From Pseudomonadota bacterium (lineage in GTDB: Bacteria; Bdellovibrionota_B; Oligoflexia; Oligoflexales; CAIYRB01), in NCBI GenBank assembly GCA_031416315.1, contig JANOTL010000082.1:1-15391 (forward strand): a stretch of DNA of 15,391 nucleotides. Direction: 5' to 3'. A program made the translations under genes and the position numbers. The first letter of the stretch is position 1; each line of letters begins with the position of its first letter. Below the pieces are notes generated by a model. The model was not told the origin of the DNA and did no database searches. It saw nothing but the letters and a program-made list of their open reading frames with translations. Positions 14,675-15,391 of this stretch are shown here, in pieces.

Positions 14675-14804
14675 GGAAATCCGTTGGTTTCCTTGCGAGC
14701 GCATGGACGGGCGCGGACTCCATGTAGTATGGATGGCGATCTCATTCGGTAGTAACGCTGATAAGTTAGCCCAAAACCGCTCTGGGTGGAACGGAAAGGC
14801 ACAG

Positions 14805-15391
14805 ATGACCACGCGCGCCAGGATAGAGCCCAGGAGGCTCAAGGGCTTCCGCGACTATCTACCCGATCAGATGGCGACCCGAACCGCGATCGTCGACGCG
14901 ATCCGCGCCGAGGCCCGCATCGCCGGCTACGCTCAAATCGGCACTCCGGCCCTCGAGTACGCGGACACGCTCCTCGGCCAGGGCGGAGCCGAGACGGACA
15001 AGCAGGTTTACCGCTTCAAGGACCACGGCGACCGCGACGTCGCCTTGCGCTTCGACCTCACCGTGCCGTTCGCGCGCTTCGTCGCCGAGCACCAGAGCGA
15101 GCTCTTCTTCCCGTTCAAGCGGCTCCAAATCGGCGAGGTCTGGCGCGGCGAGAACACGCAAAAAGGCCGCTACCGCGAGTTTTGCCAGTGCGACCTCGAC
15201 ATCATCGGCGTCGACTCGCCGTCGGCCGACGTCGAGATCCTCTCGACCTTCCACAAGATCCTGGGCCGCGTCGCCACCGGTCCGTTCACGATCAGCGTCG
15301 GCAACCGCGTGATCCTCTCCGCGCTGATCAAGAAGGCTCTGCCCTCCCTCGAGAGCGAGACGGCGGCCCTGATTGCCCTCGACAAGCTGGC
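14805..15391 (+). CDS. hisS: Histidine--tRNA ligase, N-terminal part (runs off the window)
   Basis: Not in the ORF track because there is no stop in the window. Reads MTTRARIEPRRLKGFRDYLP...TPALEY...YRFKDHGDRDVALRFDLTVPFAR...IGEVWRGENTQKGRYREFCQCDLDIIG...ALDKL, i.e. class II motifs 1 and 2 of HisRS. AAAGG RBS upstream. Confidence 0.96.
   Translation, partial: MTTRARIEPRRLKGFRDYLPDQMATRTAIVDAIRAEARIAGYAQIGTPALEYADTLLGQGGAETDKQVYRFKDHGDRDVALRFDLTVPFARFVAEHQSELFFPFKRLQIGEVWRGENTQKGRYREFCQCDLDIIGVDSPSADVEILSTFHKILGRVATGPFTISVGNRVILSALIKKALPSLESETAALIALDKL

Noticed and set aside
117..14752. Numerous overlapping Arg/Ala/Ser-rich ORFs (e.g. 1216..2013, 5084..5944, 7511..8323, 8399..9325, 10974..11519, 12196..13077, 12299..13252, 14144..14752)
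   Set aside because: Alternate-frame or antisense shadows expected in high-GC DNA, with no motifs, and overlapping better-supported genes.
14675..14842. N-terminal extension of the beta-barrel ORF from TTG 14842
   Set aside because: It overlaps the hisS start and the shared promoter region, and the signal-like sequence begins only at ATG 14674.
14859..15385. Minus-strand ORFs 14859..15254 and 15170..15385
   Set aside because: Antisense shadows of hisS.

Overview
GC-rich bacterial window. The many orphan lipoproteins and repeated TCAAG-N15/16-CCGA (sigma28-like) promoters suggest Bdellovibrionota/Oligoflexia or a similar deltaproteobacterial lineage (inference only). From left to right: the 3' end of a DUF3185-type small membrane protein; a large lipoprotein with ZU5-like, Ig-like and NHL-propeller regions; a secreted CAP+DUF4189 protein; a single-CxxCH lipoprotein; a 423-bp element bounded by 63-bp inverted repeats that carries a decayed GIY-YIG nuclease remnant; a lipoprotein dikinase-like enzyme (His domain followed by ATP-grasp, the glucan-water-dikinase order) divergent from a DUF4956 + VTC/CYTH pair; two small orphan genes with sigma28-type promoters; a Lys/Cys-rich lipoprotein; a probable outer-membrane beta-barrel; and the 5' part of hisS. 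The best candidates for undescribed biology are the exported dikinase/DUF4956/VTC locus (possible extracytoplasmic phosphorylation system) and the REP-like/GIY-YIG element. All family assignments come from motif recognition by eye, not from database searches.
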